60,654 nucleotides of DNA from a virus. Lineage: Duplodnaviria; Caudoviricetes. Location: IMG/VR virus record IMGVR_UViG_3300023174_000180, positions 1-60,654 of that record. One strand, written 5' to 3'. The notes beneath the pieces were generated by a model, which searched no databases, had not been told where the DNA came from, and worked only from the letters and a program-made list of their open reading frames with translations. Each line of letters opens with the position of its first letter. Within the stretch, counting starts at the first letter, position 1. The position numbers and the translations under genes were made by a program. Shown piece by piece: positions 26,527-36,112 of the stretch.

Positions 26527-29500
26527 ATGGCTCTTGTTTTTAATTACCAGGCTAACTCTCGGACTTACACTATTGGTCCAGGTAGTACTTTTCCTGGAGA
26601 TTTAATTATACCAGCTGCTGTTGGAGAAAACGAGCTACCAGTTGTTGGTATTGAAAATAACGCTTTTAAAGGAGATACTACTCTAATAAGTGTGGTAATT
26701 CCAAATAGCATAACATATATTGGTGATAGCGCTTTTTCAGATTGCAACAATTTGGTAACAGTTGATGCTTCTAATTCTAATGTCAGTTCTATAGGCGTGC
26801 AAAGTTTTAAAAATTGCTCAAAATTAACAACAGTTAATATTCCTAATGGCATAACAGCGATAAATTATGAAACATTTTCAGGTTGCACATTATTAAATAA
26901 TGTAACTATACCTGAAACTGTCACCTCAATAATAGCTAATGCTTTTGCAAATTGTAACGCTTTGTCTTCTATAACTATTCCTAGTGCAGTTCAAACTATT
27001 GGCAATTATACATTCTCGTATTGCAGAAATTTATTATCTGTAAATTTTTCACCAAATAGTAATTTAACTACAGTAGGAAGCTATGCTTTCTTATTTTGTG
27101 ATAAGTTGGTAAGTATTAATTTTAATAGTTTAACAACTTTAGGATCTCATGCATTTTGGTATTGTGGTAAACTAGAGACTGTAACTCTGCCAAATAATTT
27201 AGAAAACATTCAAGCGTGGACTTTTGAGTATTGTTATAGTTTAAAAAACTTTACTTTTCCAAGTGGATTAAAAAATATAGGTCAAAAAGCTTTTGCTGCT
27301 ACTGGAATTATTGCTGCAAATATTCCAAATGGAGTAACGAGTATCGGAGAGGGTGCTTTTCAAGGTTGCGGTGGTTTAATTTCAGCAAATATACCAACTA
27401 GTATAATAAGCTTAGGCGGTGCAGTCTTTGCCTCTTGTCCTAATTTAATTTCTGATATAATTTTTCCAGAAGGTTTGCAGGAAATTCCTGGACAATTTTT
27501 AAATGGTTGTTCAAAAGTAACTAGCATTACATTGCCAAGTACTATAAAACGTATTCGTGGAAATAATGCTTTTACTTCGACACGAATAACTAGCATAGTC
27601 TTACCAGAAGGATTATTAGAGATTCAGGATTGGGCTTTTGCATTTTGTCCTGATCTAGTCACAGTAAATATTCCTAGTACTGTAACTACAATTGGTTTTG
27701 GCGTATTTGCATATTGCAGCAAATTAGAAGGAATTACCCTGCCTCCTAATTTAAATGCTCTTAGATTTACTTTTCCTGGATGCTCTAGCTTAACATATGT
27801 TAATATTCCTGGAACATGTAAAAGAATAGAGGGCAGTACCTTTAGTAATTGTATTAATTTAGATAGTGTTACTATAAATAATGGAGTCGAAACCATAGAG
27901 TCTAGTGCGTTTTATAATTGTAAAAAAGTGACTTCTTTAAATTTGCCAAATTCAATAAAAGAAATTAGTAGTAATGCTTTTGCAAATTCAGGTATTGTTA
28001 CCATTAATATTCCGCCCTTAATAGATAAAATAAATAATAGTGTTTTTTCGAATTGCAAAGATTTAAAAACAATTACAATACCATCAAATATTATTAGTAT
28101 ATTGGAATCTGCTTTTGCAGGCTCTGGCTTAGAGAATATAACTATACCAGTATCGGTAATATATTTAGGCAATAATGCATTCGCTAATTGTCTTAGTTTA
28201 AATTCTTTTATTGTGCAGAATGATAATATGGTATTTGGAAAAAATATTTTTTCTGGAGCAACTTTAGCTGATTTTAGCTTAGGAGATTTTAATTATTCAT
28301 TTGCCGCCAGCAAAGTCACTATCAAGTCATACAATGGAGTAGATGAAATTATAAATATACCATACAGTATATTTGATACTACAATCTGTAAAATAGGTGA
28401 TTCGGCTTTCAAGGACAACGCAAATTTAAAAGAAATAAATTTTATTAGTCCTATTGACACAATTTTTGATAATGCTTTTAAGAATTGCGTTAATTTGTCT
28501 AAAATCAATTTGCCACAATCAATAACATCAATTGGTGATAATGCTTTTTATGGATGCTCTAGTTTGGCTGGAGAATTAAATTTACCAAAAGATTTATTAT
28601 CTATAGGGAATTATGCATTTTATGGATGTAACAATATAAATATTTTGGTTGTACAAAAACGTGTCACTACTATAGGTGATTATGCATTCGCTAATTGCTC
28701 ACAATTAAATTTAATTTATTTTTATGGTAATGCTCCAATTTTTGGATCCAATGTATTTAATAATATTAGCTCTAGCAAAGTATTTTTACGTTACTTATCT
28801 AGATCTGGATGGGATGACGTTAGTGCTCAAATTAGTCCATTAAGTTATATTATTTTTAGTTTAGTAAAATCTTCAAAGGTTACGTCTACATCAGGAAACA
28901 AGATGTCTTTTGTTTTCAAAACTCAAAATTTATCTACAATTAATGTTTTTAAAAATAAAACATATCTTTTTAAATCTGCCAGTAATAACTCATTAAGCCA
29001 AATTTTTAATCCTTCTTTATTTAGTAATGGAAATATTATTACTATATCGGATATATCTTCTCCAGATAATCCATTTATAAAATTCAAAAAATCTTCAAAT
29101 AATTCATGGTTAAATTTTGATTCTGAAGCAAACAGTAATAATTATTCTATACCAAATAATTCTATTTTATCTTTTAGTACGTTTGTCCCTAATATTGCTA
29201 TTGGTGGTGGCGCTATTATACAAAAATATCCTTCTGGAAAAATTAAGATAAGCGTAGCTTATCCTACAGACGAAGATGCTTTAAATTACGTTCTTGCTGT
29301 AGAAAATGCAGATGGAGAAAGATTAGAAGAAAAAGTTAAAACTGCAATCGAAAATTTTGTTCTTGGTTGTAAATATGATAATATTTGGGACTCTATAAAA
29401 GAATCATGTTTAATTGGAGGTGCAAGAACTTTAGAAGGAGCTTTGCTGCCATTAAAAGGAAATGCGCCAACAAATATTAATTTTGTTTCTTCAGATTATA

Positions 29501-30057
29501 ATAGAAAAATTGGAATTACATCACGTTATGGAGACATTAAAAGTTTAAAAGCTGGATCTAAAAATTTAGATTATCCTAGAGATAATGTTCATGCTGCAGT
29601 TTATGTAACACAACCTTTAGATATGTGGTATGATTATTTCTTTTTTTTAGCATCAGGTGGTATAAATTTATCAGTCTCTGTTGACCAATTTTATTTTAGT
29701 CTAAGAAAATGCACATCTGGAAATAATGTGACATATTGGAATTCAGACTGGAGCGCGGAAACTTTTTCAGGTTTAGTCGGAACTTCTAAAGCTAATAGTT
29801 CTTCTATCGAAGGAAGAATAAATGGGAATAGTTATACGCAAATTTTACAGCCATGCACTAGCGCTTTTTTTATTTCAAGAGCGTATAGACAAGCAGATAT
29901 TTACCTTTTAACAAATAGTCCAAATAGTACTAGTTTTTATAATTATAGTCCAGGAGTAATTGGCTTTTATTCTTTGGGTGAAAATATAGATTTAGTTAAA
30001 TTAGAAAATAGATTAAAAATATATTTTGATGAAATCAATCAAGGAATCGAAGATTAA
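26527..30057 (+). CDS. BspA/TpLRR leucine-rich repeat protein fused to a C-terminal phage domain
   Basis: More than 20 IPxSVTxIGxxAFxxCxxL repeats; no signal peptide; C-terminus homologous to 24344..25141. Confidence 0.9.
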   Translation: MALVFNYQANSRTYTIGPGSTFPGDLIIPAAVGENELPVVGIENNAFKGDTTLISVVIPNSITYIGDSAFSDCNNLVTVDASNSNVSSIGVQSFKNCSKLTTVNIPNGITAINYETFSGCTLLNNVTIPETVTSIIANAFANCNALSSITIPSAVQTIGNYTFSYCRNLLSVNFSPNSNLTTVGSYAFLFCDKLVSINFNSLTTLGSHAFWYCGKLETVTLPNNLENIQAWTFEYCYSLKNFTFPSGLKNIGQKAFAATGIIAANIPNGVTSIGEGAFQGCGGLISANIPTSIISLGGAVFASCPNLISDIIFPEGLQEIPGQFLNGCSKVTSITLPSTIKRIRGNNAFTSTRITSIVLPEGLLEIQDWAFAFCPDLVTVNIPSTVTTIGFGVFAYCSKLEGITLPPNLNALRFTFPGCSSLTYVNIPGTCKRIEGSTFSNCINLDSVTINNGVETIESSAFYNCKKVTSLNLPNSIKEISSNAFANSGIVTINIPPLIDKINNSVFSNCKDLKTITIPSNIISILESAFAGSGLENITIPVSVIYLGNNAFANCLSLNSFIVQNDNMVFGKNIFSGATLADFSLGDFNYSFAASKVTIKSYNGVDEIINIPYSIFDTTICKIGDSAFKDNANLKEINFISPIDTIFDNAFKNCVNLSKINLPQSITSIGDNAFYGCSSLAGELNLPKDLLSIGNYAFYGCNNINILVVQKRVTTIGDYAFANCSQLNLIYFYGNAPIFGSNVFNNISSSKVFLRYLSRSGWDDVSAQISPLSYIIFSLVKSSKVTSTSGNKMSFVFKTQNLSTINVFKNKTYLFKSASNNSLSQIFNPSLFSNGNIITISDISSPDNPFIKFKKSSNNSWLNFDSEANSNNYSIPNNSILSFSTFVPNIAIGGGAIIQKYPSGKIKISVAYPTDEDALNYVLAVENADGERLEEKVKTAIENFVLGCKYDNIWDSIKESCLIGGARTLEGALLPLKGNAPTNINFVSSDYNRKIGITSRYGDIKSLKAGSKNLDYPRDNVHAAVYVTQPLDMWYDYFFFLASGGINLSVSVDQFYFSLRKCTSGNNVTYWNSDWSAETFSGLVGTSKANSSSIEGRINGNSYTQILQPCTSAFFISRAYRQADIYLLTNSPNSTSFYNYSPGVIGFYSLGENIDLVKLENRLKIYFDEINQGIED

Positions 30058-30060
30058 AAA

Positions 30061-30888
30061 ATGAAATCAATTTCGGTTGATATAGTATTATCTTTTCATA
30101 AAAGCAATAATTATATATTTCAATGTTTGGAATCTATAATGTGGCAAACTTATCAAAATTTTAATATTCATATAATAGACGATAACTCACAGTCAAATCA
30201 TTTAGAAAAAATAAAAAATATATACAAAGATGATAAAAGATTTAATTTTCATCAAAATGAAAGCAATATTGGCTTCTATCAATCAGTAAATAAATATTTT
30301 AAAAATTTTAAAGGTGAATTATTTTTTATATTTGACTCTGATGATATATCTCTTCCAAATAGAATAGAAAAAACTTTAGAATATTATAATAAAGAAAAAT
30401 TTGACCTGTTCTCTGCGCCAACAATGAATTTTGTTGAAGAAGGAGAGGATGATGAAAAGTTCCAAAATGCGGAAGAAATTATTAATCATATAAAAAATCA
30501 AAGTATTCTAGAATACATAAATAAGCCAGTGCATCCTTATTTAGACGAAAATGACAATATCATAAGTAGTTTTATAAATCCATCATGCTGTATTAGAAGC
30601 GAATTTTTTAATGAGATAAATGGATATTCTATATTTTTTGCTGGAGGAGACAGAGATTTTGCTTATAAATCTTTCTATTATGGTGGAAAATTTGTTTCAT
30701 CTCAAGAAGATGAGCCGTTAGTTTTATATAGATTTCACCCTGAACAAATAACAAGATGCAATAATTATGGGATGTCAAGCTTAAACAGAGCTAATATACA
30801 TAAACAGATGAAGAACAATGAATATCAAATATATAAATCAAGAAATAAAGATTTAATTAAAAAAGTTGGCGCGTTAAATAGGAACTAA
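30061..30888 (+). CDS. glycosyltransferase family 2
   Basis: CLESIMWQTY, IIDDNS, NIGFY, FDSDD (DxD), GGDRDF, LYRFH. Confidence 0.9.
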   Translation: MKSISVDIVLSFHKSNNYIFQCLESIMWQTYQNFNIHIIDDNSQSNHLEKIKNIYKDDKRFNFHQNESNIGFYQSVNKYFKNFKGELFFIFDSDDISLPNRIEKTLEYYNKEKFDLFSAPTMNFVEEGEDDEKFQNAEEIINHIKNQSILEYINKPVHPYLDENDNIISSFINPSCCIRSEFFNEINGYSIFFAGGDRDFAYKSFYYGGKFVSSQEDEPLVLYRFHPEQITRCNNYGMSSLNRANIHKQMKNNEYQIYKSRNKDLIKKVGALNRN

Positions 30889-30890
30889 TT

Positions 30891-31517
30891 ATGCTTTCAA
30901 AAAAATCTACAGATCTTATTCTTGAATTTGAAGTTGGTGGTGGAGAAAACTATTATAATAAATTTTTAAAAAATCCAGCTTGGCCAGGAGAGCAAAGTGG
31001 AGTTACAATTGGTGTTGGTTATGATTTAGGTTATGTAAATAAAACAGAATTCACTAATGATTGGAAGGATTTACCTCAAAAAGATTTTGATAGATTATAT
31101 AAAGTAGTTGGAATGAAAGGCATATCAGCAAAAGATCTTGTGAGAGGATTAAAAGATATATCTATTCCATGGGAATTATCATTAAAAGTATTTAACAACA
31201 AAACAGTAACAAAATTTTATAATTTAACTCGTGATACCTTTCCTAATTTTGATAATCTTCCAGAAGATGCTAAAGGTGGATTAGTTAGTTTAGTATTTAA
31301 TAGAGGAAATTCATTACAAGGGGATAGACGCAAAGAAATGAAATTAATAAGAGATGCTATGGCTATAACTAATACTTTTGATCAAAAAGCGTTAACATTT
31401 ATTGCTAATCAAATTCGCTCTATGAAAAGAATATGGATTGGTGGAAGTATAGAAAAGGGTATGAGTAGAAGAAGAGACGCTGAAGCCAAATTAATAGAAA
31501 ATTCATTAAATATTTAA
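30891..31517 (+). CDS. endolysin, lysozyme-like (pesticin C-terminal-like muramidase)
   Basis: ILEFEVG, SGVTIGVGYDLG, LVSLVFNRG, RRRDAEAKL. Confidence 0.8.
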   Translation: MLSKKSTDLILEFEVGGGENYYNKFLKNPAWPGEQSGVTIGVGYDLGYVNKTEFTNDWKDLPQKDFDRLYKVVGMKGISAKDLVRGLKDISIPWELSLKVFNNKTVTKFYNLTRDTFPNFDNLPEDAKGGLVSLVFNRGNSLQGDRRKEMKLIRDAMAITNTFDQKALTFIANQIRSMKRIWIGGSIEKGMSRRRDAEAKLIENSLNI

Positions 31518-31561
31518 AATTAATTAAAAATATTACCTCTATAAGTGTATAATATATAGAG

Positions 31562-32071
31562 ATGAATAATCATTCTGATAGTCTAGGCTTTGACTTAGTT
31601 AAAGCCAAGAAAAGCTATAAACCAGGAACAAGAAAAAAGACTTCGAAAAAATGTTCAGAAAAAGCCGTGACTTTCTCTAAAAAAATTATTGCATTATTGC
31701 AAGAAAAATTAGATTTGCATAATCAAGAGTCTGATATTAAGATTAAATTATTTGACTTAAAAAATGCTTATAAAAATGGTTTTAATAATTCAGAAGATTT
31801 AAATAAAGAGACTTTAGCTCATGTTAATTTATTTATTCGTGTTGCAAAAGGCGATTTATCTACAGTATTTACTAATTTAAAATCTTCTATATTTGAAATT
31901 TCTGGATCACAATTTATAGTTAAAGGTAGTCTAATTCCCAGTGAAATAGACTATGATAAAGCAGTAGAAGATATTAAAAAATATAATTTAGAGGATTTTG
32001 AATTTTCTTCTGCAGAAGAATTATATCTAGAAGATGAAGAAGATGGTGTAACTTATACATTCGATGCATAA
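31562..32071 (+). CDS. hypothetical head-module protein
   Basis: 169-aa ORF preceded by the variant motif GTGTAT (31545-31550). Confidence 0.65.
   Translation: MNNHSDSLGFDLVKAKKSYKPGTRKKTSKKCSEKAVTFSKKIIALLQEKLDLHNQESDIKIKLFDLKNAYKNGFNNSEDLNKETLAHVNLFIRVAKGDLSTVFTNLKSSIFEISGSQFIVKGSLIPSEIDYDKAVEDIKKYNLEDFEFSSAEELYLEDEEDGVTYTFDA
32046..32051 (+). promoter_or_regulatory. GTGTAA motif inside the 3' end of the upstream gene
   Basis: 12 nt before ATG 32064. Confidence 0.6.
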
Positions 32072-33596
32072 TATGAAAAAACAAAAAAATAAATTTACAA
32101 CAATATTCTCAAATATTAACATACGTCCAGTAGTCAGCGAAGAAAAAGATAAATATCTATCTTTAGCTTCTGCTCAAGAACTTAAAAAATTTATACCAAA
32201 TATCGATACCCAAGCTAATATAGATTTATTGCCTATAGCTTTTGATGCATGCGTAGTTAATAGAATAAATAAGAATGGCGATGTTATTGATCATGAGACC
32301 GCAGCAAATGTATCTAAATATTTCGTTAATAAACCTATCAATGTAGAGCATAATAGAAATCATGTAGTTGGATGCATATTAACATCTAGCTTTAGCAAAT
32401 TTGGCTCAAATGAACCCCTTACAGAAGAGGAAGCTAAAAATACAAAAGGACCATTTAATGTTACTTTAGGCGGTGTGGTGTGGAAAATAGTAAGTCAAGA
32501 TTTAGCAGATAAACTAGAAGAATCTAATGATCCTACAAGTGAAAATTATATGAGTATTTCTGCTAGCTGGGAATTAGGATTTGATGAATATAATATCGTT
32601 ATGCTAGAAGATGGTGAGAAGAATATTGAAAATGGTCAATTTGTAACAGATCAAAAAGAAATAGATAATATAGAATCTAATTTAAGAAGTTTTGGTGGAA
32701 ATGGCAAATTTAAAGATAAACATGTTTATCGTCAAGTTTTGGGAAAAGTTATTCCTTTAGGGGTTGGTTTAACATTAAATCCAGCCGCAGATGTTAAAGG
32801 AGTAGCTGTAGAAAATAAAGAATCTACTCTTGGAGAAGACCTAAAAGCGGCTTCTGAAGAAAATAGTATTTCCCAAGATGAGAAATTAAATGTAAAAAAG
32901 GATACAATATATATGAAAATATCAAAAATTGAAGAGATCACAGATGCGCTATTGAAGGAAGTAACTGCTTCTAGCATTACTGATTTTATAGCAGAAGAGA
33001 TCAAAAAAGTTAATGATCAATTCGTGAACGAGAAAGCTGAAAAAGAAAATCAAATTAAAGTTGCTAGTGAAAAATTAGCCTCTGTAACAGCTGAACACGA
33101 TACAGTAAAAAAACAAATCGAAGAACTAAATCAAAAACTAGCCTCTATTGAAGCTGAACAATTAGCTAAAGCTAAACAAGAAGCTTTCAATATTAGAATG
33201 GCATCTTTTGATGAAGAGTACGATCTATCTGATGAAGATCGTAAAGTTCTTGCAGAAGATATTAAAGATTTAAATGAAGAAGCTTTTGCTGGTTATAAAA
33301 ATAAAATGGCAGTTCTTATGAAAGAAAAAAATAAGTCTGCGAAAAAAGCAAAGGCTTCAGAAGAAGTACAAGCTTCTAATGTAACACAAGAGGTAAAAGC
33401 CTCTGTAACAGAAGAAGTTAAAACTTCAGAAGAAGTAGCACAAATTTCTACAACCCAAGAGGTTGTTGAACAAGCTGTTGATAATGGATCAAAAGCTTCC
33501 GCAGAAATACCAAATTCAGCCCCAGCTGCAGAGCCTACCATACGTGAAAAATATGCTAAAGCTTTCGACTTGGATGGATTTGAAATCAAAAAATAA
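32064..33596 (+). CDS. prohead maturation protease fused to scaffold
   Basis: INKNGD, INVEHNR..VVG, SASWE, LTLNPAA in the N-terminal half; acidic coiled-coil C-terminal half; precedes capsid genes. Confidence 0.75.
   Translation: MHNMKKQKNKFTTIFSNINIRPVVSEEKDKYLSLASAQELKKFIPNIDTQANIDLLPIAFDACVVNRINKNGDVIDHETAANVSKYFVNKPINVEHNRNHVVGCILTSSFSKFGSNEPLTEEEAKNTKGPFNVTLGGVVWKIVSQDLADKLEESNDPTSENYMSISASWELGFDEYNIVMLEDGEKNIENGQFVTDQKEIDNIESNLRSFGGNGKFKDKHVYRQVLGKVIPLGVGLTLNPAADVKGVAVENKESTLGEDLKAASEENSISQDEKLNVKKDTIYMKISKIEEITDALLKEVTASSITDFIAEEIKKVNDQFVNEKAEKENQIKVASEKLASVTAEHDTVKKQIEELNQKLASIEAEQLAKAKQEAFNIRMASFDEEYDLSDEDRKVLAEDIKDLNEEAFAGYKNKMAVLMKEKNKSAKKAKASEEVQASNVTQEVKASVTEEVKTSEEVAQISTTQEVVEQAVDNGSKASAEIPNSAPAAEPTIREKYAKAFDLDGFEIKK
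32913..33596 (+). CDS. putative nested in-frame scaffold protein (internal start)
   Basis: ATGTAA (32890), AAGGA (32898) and AT-rich spacer before in-frame ATG 32913 (MKISKIEE...), at the start of the coiled coil. Confidence 0.55.
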   Translation: MKISKIEEITDALLKEVTASSITDFIAEEIKKVNDQFVNEKAEKENQIKVASEKLASVTAEHDTVKKQIEELNQKLASIEAEQLAKAKQEAFNIRMASFDEEYDLSDEDRKVLAEDIKDLNEEAFAGYKNKMAVLMKEKNKSAKKAKASEEVQASNVTQEVKASVTEEVKTSEEVAQISTTQEVVEQAVDNGSKASAEIPNSAPAAEPTIREKYAKAFDLDGFEIKK

Positions 33597-33608
33597 GGAG
33601 AAAAATAT

Positions 33609-34139
33609 ATGGCACTAAAATCATTCAGACAATATAGTGAACACGACGTTGTTAACCTTTTTGGTTATCACGCTGGAGATACACTAGCTGCTGGAACAGT
33701 AGTTAAGATCTCAGAAGGTGTTGCATTAGATAATAAAGGACCCGTAGAAACTATGGGTGCTATTGGGACTTCAGTAAACAATACTGTATCCATGCGTTAT
33801 GGTACTCGCGCTAAAGTTGTACCCATCACTGCTAAAGCAGATGTAGCTCTTGGAGTTACTCTAATGGCTGTAGCCGAAGTTGATGAAAATGGTGAATTAC
33901 TAAAATTCAACCCTCGTAAAGCTGCTGAAATGGGCGTTGTTCTAAAAGGACAAGCTATTCCAGTTCTTACTAAGGGAGTAGTTCATATTACTCTTGCTGG
34001 CTCTGGAGCCGCTGGTTCAGCTGTCAGATTATCTGATAGTGTTGACGGTGGTTTAACCACAGCTGGAGATGGTACCATTGTTGGTAAAACTTTAAGTGCA
34101 ATTGTTGATGGATCAGCCATCGTACAATTGAGCTTCTAA
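33609..34139 (+). CDS. head decoration / cement protein
   Basis: Gly/Ala/Val-rich 176 aa between scaffold and MCP; AAGGAG RBS. Confidence 0.65.
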   Translation: MALKSFRQYSEHDVVNLFGYHAGDTLAAGTVVKISEGVALDNKGPVETMGAIGTSVNNTVSMRYGTRAKVVPITAKADVALGVTLMAVAEVDENGELLKFNPRKAAEMGVVLKGQAIPVLTKGVVHITLAGSGAAGSAVRLSDSVDGGLTTAGDGTIVGKTLSAIVDGSAIVQLSF

Positions 34140-34158
34140 TTATAGGAGATATTTAAAA

Positions 34159-35229
34159 ATGAAATTAAAACTAAAAAATACACCAGAACAAGTTGAGCTA
34201 ATCAAAGCTATGGGTAGTAAAGATACCATCGTAGCAAGAGAAGCTTCACAAGCTTTTGCAGCATTCATTGGACCAGTAGTTAGTAAGGTTCTAATGCAAG
34301 CTGGAACTGCTAGCACAATCTATAGTGATCTTCCTTATGACGAAGATGATTCTCCCTCGATCCCATTGGATCTATGGAGTAACGAAAGCCAAGACTACAT
34401 TCAAACATGGAGTCAAAATGTTGCAGGTGGTCTACCAACTGCTAACGTAGAAGGCTTTGCAGAAATGAAAGTTGCTACCTATCGTTTGGATAGCGCAGTT
34501 TCATTCCTAAAAAGATATGCTCGCAGAGGACGTCTTGATGTCATCAGCAAAGCAGTCGAGAGAATGGCTAACGAAGTTCTTGTTAAGCAAGAGCGCAATG
34601 CTTGGGCAGTAGTTCTAAAAGCTCTAGCCGAAGCTAATAGCGGTACTAACGTAGTTAACGCTTCAGCAGCTGAAGTATTAAATCTAAGTCACCTAAATTC
34701 ACTACTAACCCTAGTCAAAAGAATTAATACTTCTTATGCTGGTGGTACCACAACTGATGTTTATGGAGTTACAGATTTGTTTGTAAGTCCAGAAGTCAAA
34801 GGTGATATCCGTCAATTCGCTTATAATGCAGTAGGAAATAACAACACAGATCTTCCTGCTGGTATTCGCGAAGACATCTATCGCAGTGCTGGTACACAAG
34901 AAATTTATGGAATCTCTATCCATGAATTAGTTGAACTTGGCAAAGATAGAAAGTACAACACCTTATTCGCAGAATTCAAAGGCTCTGGTGCTCTTACCAG
35001 CTTTGATGCTGTTAATGATCAAATCCTAGTAGGTGTTGATTTGAGTAAAGATGCATTTGTTCGCCCAGTAGCTCGTCAATCCGAGACTGGTGGAACATTC
35101 TCAGCTCAACCAGACGATCAATTCGTTTCTCGTGCAGAGAAAATTGGCTTCTACGGTTCTCTAGAAGAGGGTCGTGTTGCTCTAGATGGTCGTGCAGTAG
35201 CTGGTATCTGGCTCAATAAAACAGCCTAA
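34159..35229 (+). CDS. major capsid protein
   Basis: 356 aa, AGGAG RBS, biased codon usage, followed by a terminator; ends IGFYGSLEEGRVALDGRAVAG. Confidence 0.85.
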   Translation: MKLKLKNTPEQVELIKAMGSKDTIVAREASQAFAAFIGPVVSKVLMQAGTASTIYSDLPYDEDDSPSIPLDLWSNESQDYIQTWSQNVAGGLPTANVEGFAEMKVATYRLDSAVSFLKRYARRGRLDVISKAVERMANEVLVKQERNAWAVVLKALAEANSGTNVVNASAAEVLNLSHLNSLLTLVKRINTSYAGGTTTDVYGVTDLFVSPEVKGDIRQFAYNAVGNNNTDLPAGIREDIYRSAGTQEIYGISIHELVELGKDRKYNTLFAEFKGSGALTSFDAVNDQILVGVDLSKDAFVRPVARQSETGGTFSAQPDDQFVSRAEKIGFYGSLEEGRVALDGRAVAGIWLNKTA

Positions 35230-35249
35230 TTAACTAGCTGAAATTATAG

Positions 35250-35288
35250 AAAACCCAAGGGTTCATCCCCTTGGGTTTTTCTTTTTTT
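35250..35288 (+). terminator. Rho-independent terminator
   Basis: AAAACCCAAGGG-ttcatc-CCCTTGGGTTTT stem-loop followed by T tract. Confidence 0.9.
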
Positions 35289-35316
35289 AGACACTTTATA
35301 CTTTATATTATATAAT
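35288..35316 (+). promoter_or_regulatory. sigma70-like promoter
   Basis: TAGACA-N17-TATAAT, then AAGGA RBS and ATG 35335. Confidence 0.65.
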
Positions 35317-35334
35317 ACATTATAAGGAAATAAT

Positions 35335-35676
35335 ATGGCTAAAAAATCTAAAATCAATTCATTACATCAAGCTCACGGAAAAGTCGAAAAAAGACCATTA
35401 ACATTGGATCAAGTTTGGGGAGATTCTGGTACATCAAGATACGGCACTTTAGATAAAGAGGTTTACGAAAAGTATTTAGAAGATTTGAATAAAAGCGATC
35501 TTCAAAATCATGCTTCTAAGATGGGTCTTGTTCCAATAGACGACAGAAAAACTTTAATTGGAAGACTTAAAAAAGAATTTCAAAAGCATGTTGCTATGTA
35601 TAAGCCAACTCCAGAAGTTAATAGAAATAATACAACTTCTAAGACAGCTAGACAAATTCTTTCTGAAGGAAGATAA
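35335..35676 (+). CDS. hypothetical protein
   Basis: 113-aa basic helical ORF with RBS. Confidence 0.7.
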   Translation: MAKKSKINSLHQAHGKVEKRPLTLDQVWGDSGTSRYGTLDKEVYEKYLEDLNKSDLQNHASKMGLVPIDDRKTLIGRLKKEFQKHVAMYKPTPEVNRNNTTSKTARQILSEGR

Positions 35677-35710
35677 TTTTTAAAAAAAAATTCGCTATAA
35701 AGTCTGTGTC

Positions 35711-35716
35711 GTGTAA
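35711..35716 (+). promoter_or_regulatory. GTGTAA putative late-promoter motif
   Basis: 8 nt before ATG 35725. Confidence 0.7.
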
Positions 35717-35724
35717 TATTTTAC

Positions 35725-36072
35725 ATGGCGACATCTTATAATATTACTGGTTATCAAGGCGATTATATAAATTTAAATTTAGCTATAAAAGACAGTTCTA
35801 ATAATACTGTTCGTTTAGACGGTCATGAGGTAAGAGGTCAAGTTAGAGCAAGCTATGGATCTACAGGAGTTTTATTAGATTTAAATCCTACCATCTTAGG
35901 AGATGGTACTGCTGGAATAATTTTAATTAACGTTGATTCTAATATCTCTAAAGATCTTCCAGTTAATGATTATGTTTATGATATTGAAAGATATACACAA
36001 GGCGCACCTAATGGAAATAGTATAAAATTATTAGTTGGAAAGTTTACAATTCTACCAGAAGTAACTAGATAA
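35725..36072 (+). CDS. virion structural protein (Ig/BppU-N-like adaptor)
   Basis: QGDY...GQVR...YVYDIE...LLVGKFTILPEVTR pattern. Confidence 0.6.
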   Translation: MATSYNITGYQGDYINLNLAIKDSSNNTVRLDGHEVRGQVRASYGSTGVLLDLNPTILGDGTAGIILINVDSNISKDLPVNDYVYDIERYTQGAPNGNSIKLLVGKFTILPEVTR

Positions 36073-36096
36073 AATATTAAAAATAATATTTATATA

Positions 36097-36102
36097 GTGT
36101 AA
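36097..36102 (+). promoter_or_regulatory. GTGTAA putative late-promoter motif
   Basis: 10 nt before ATG 36113. Confidence 0.7.
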
Positions 36103-36112
36103 TATTATTTAT

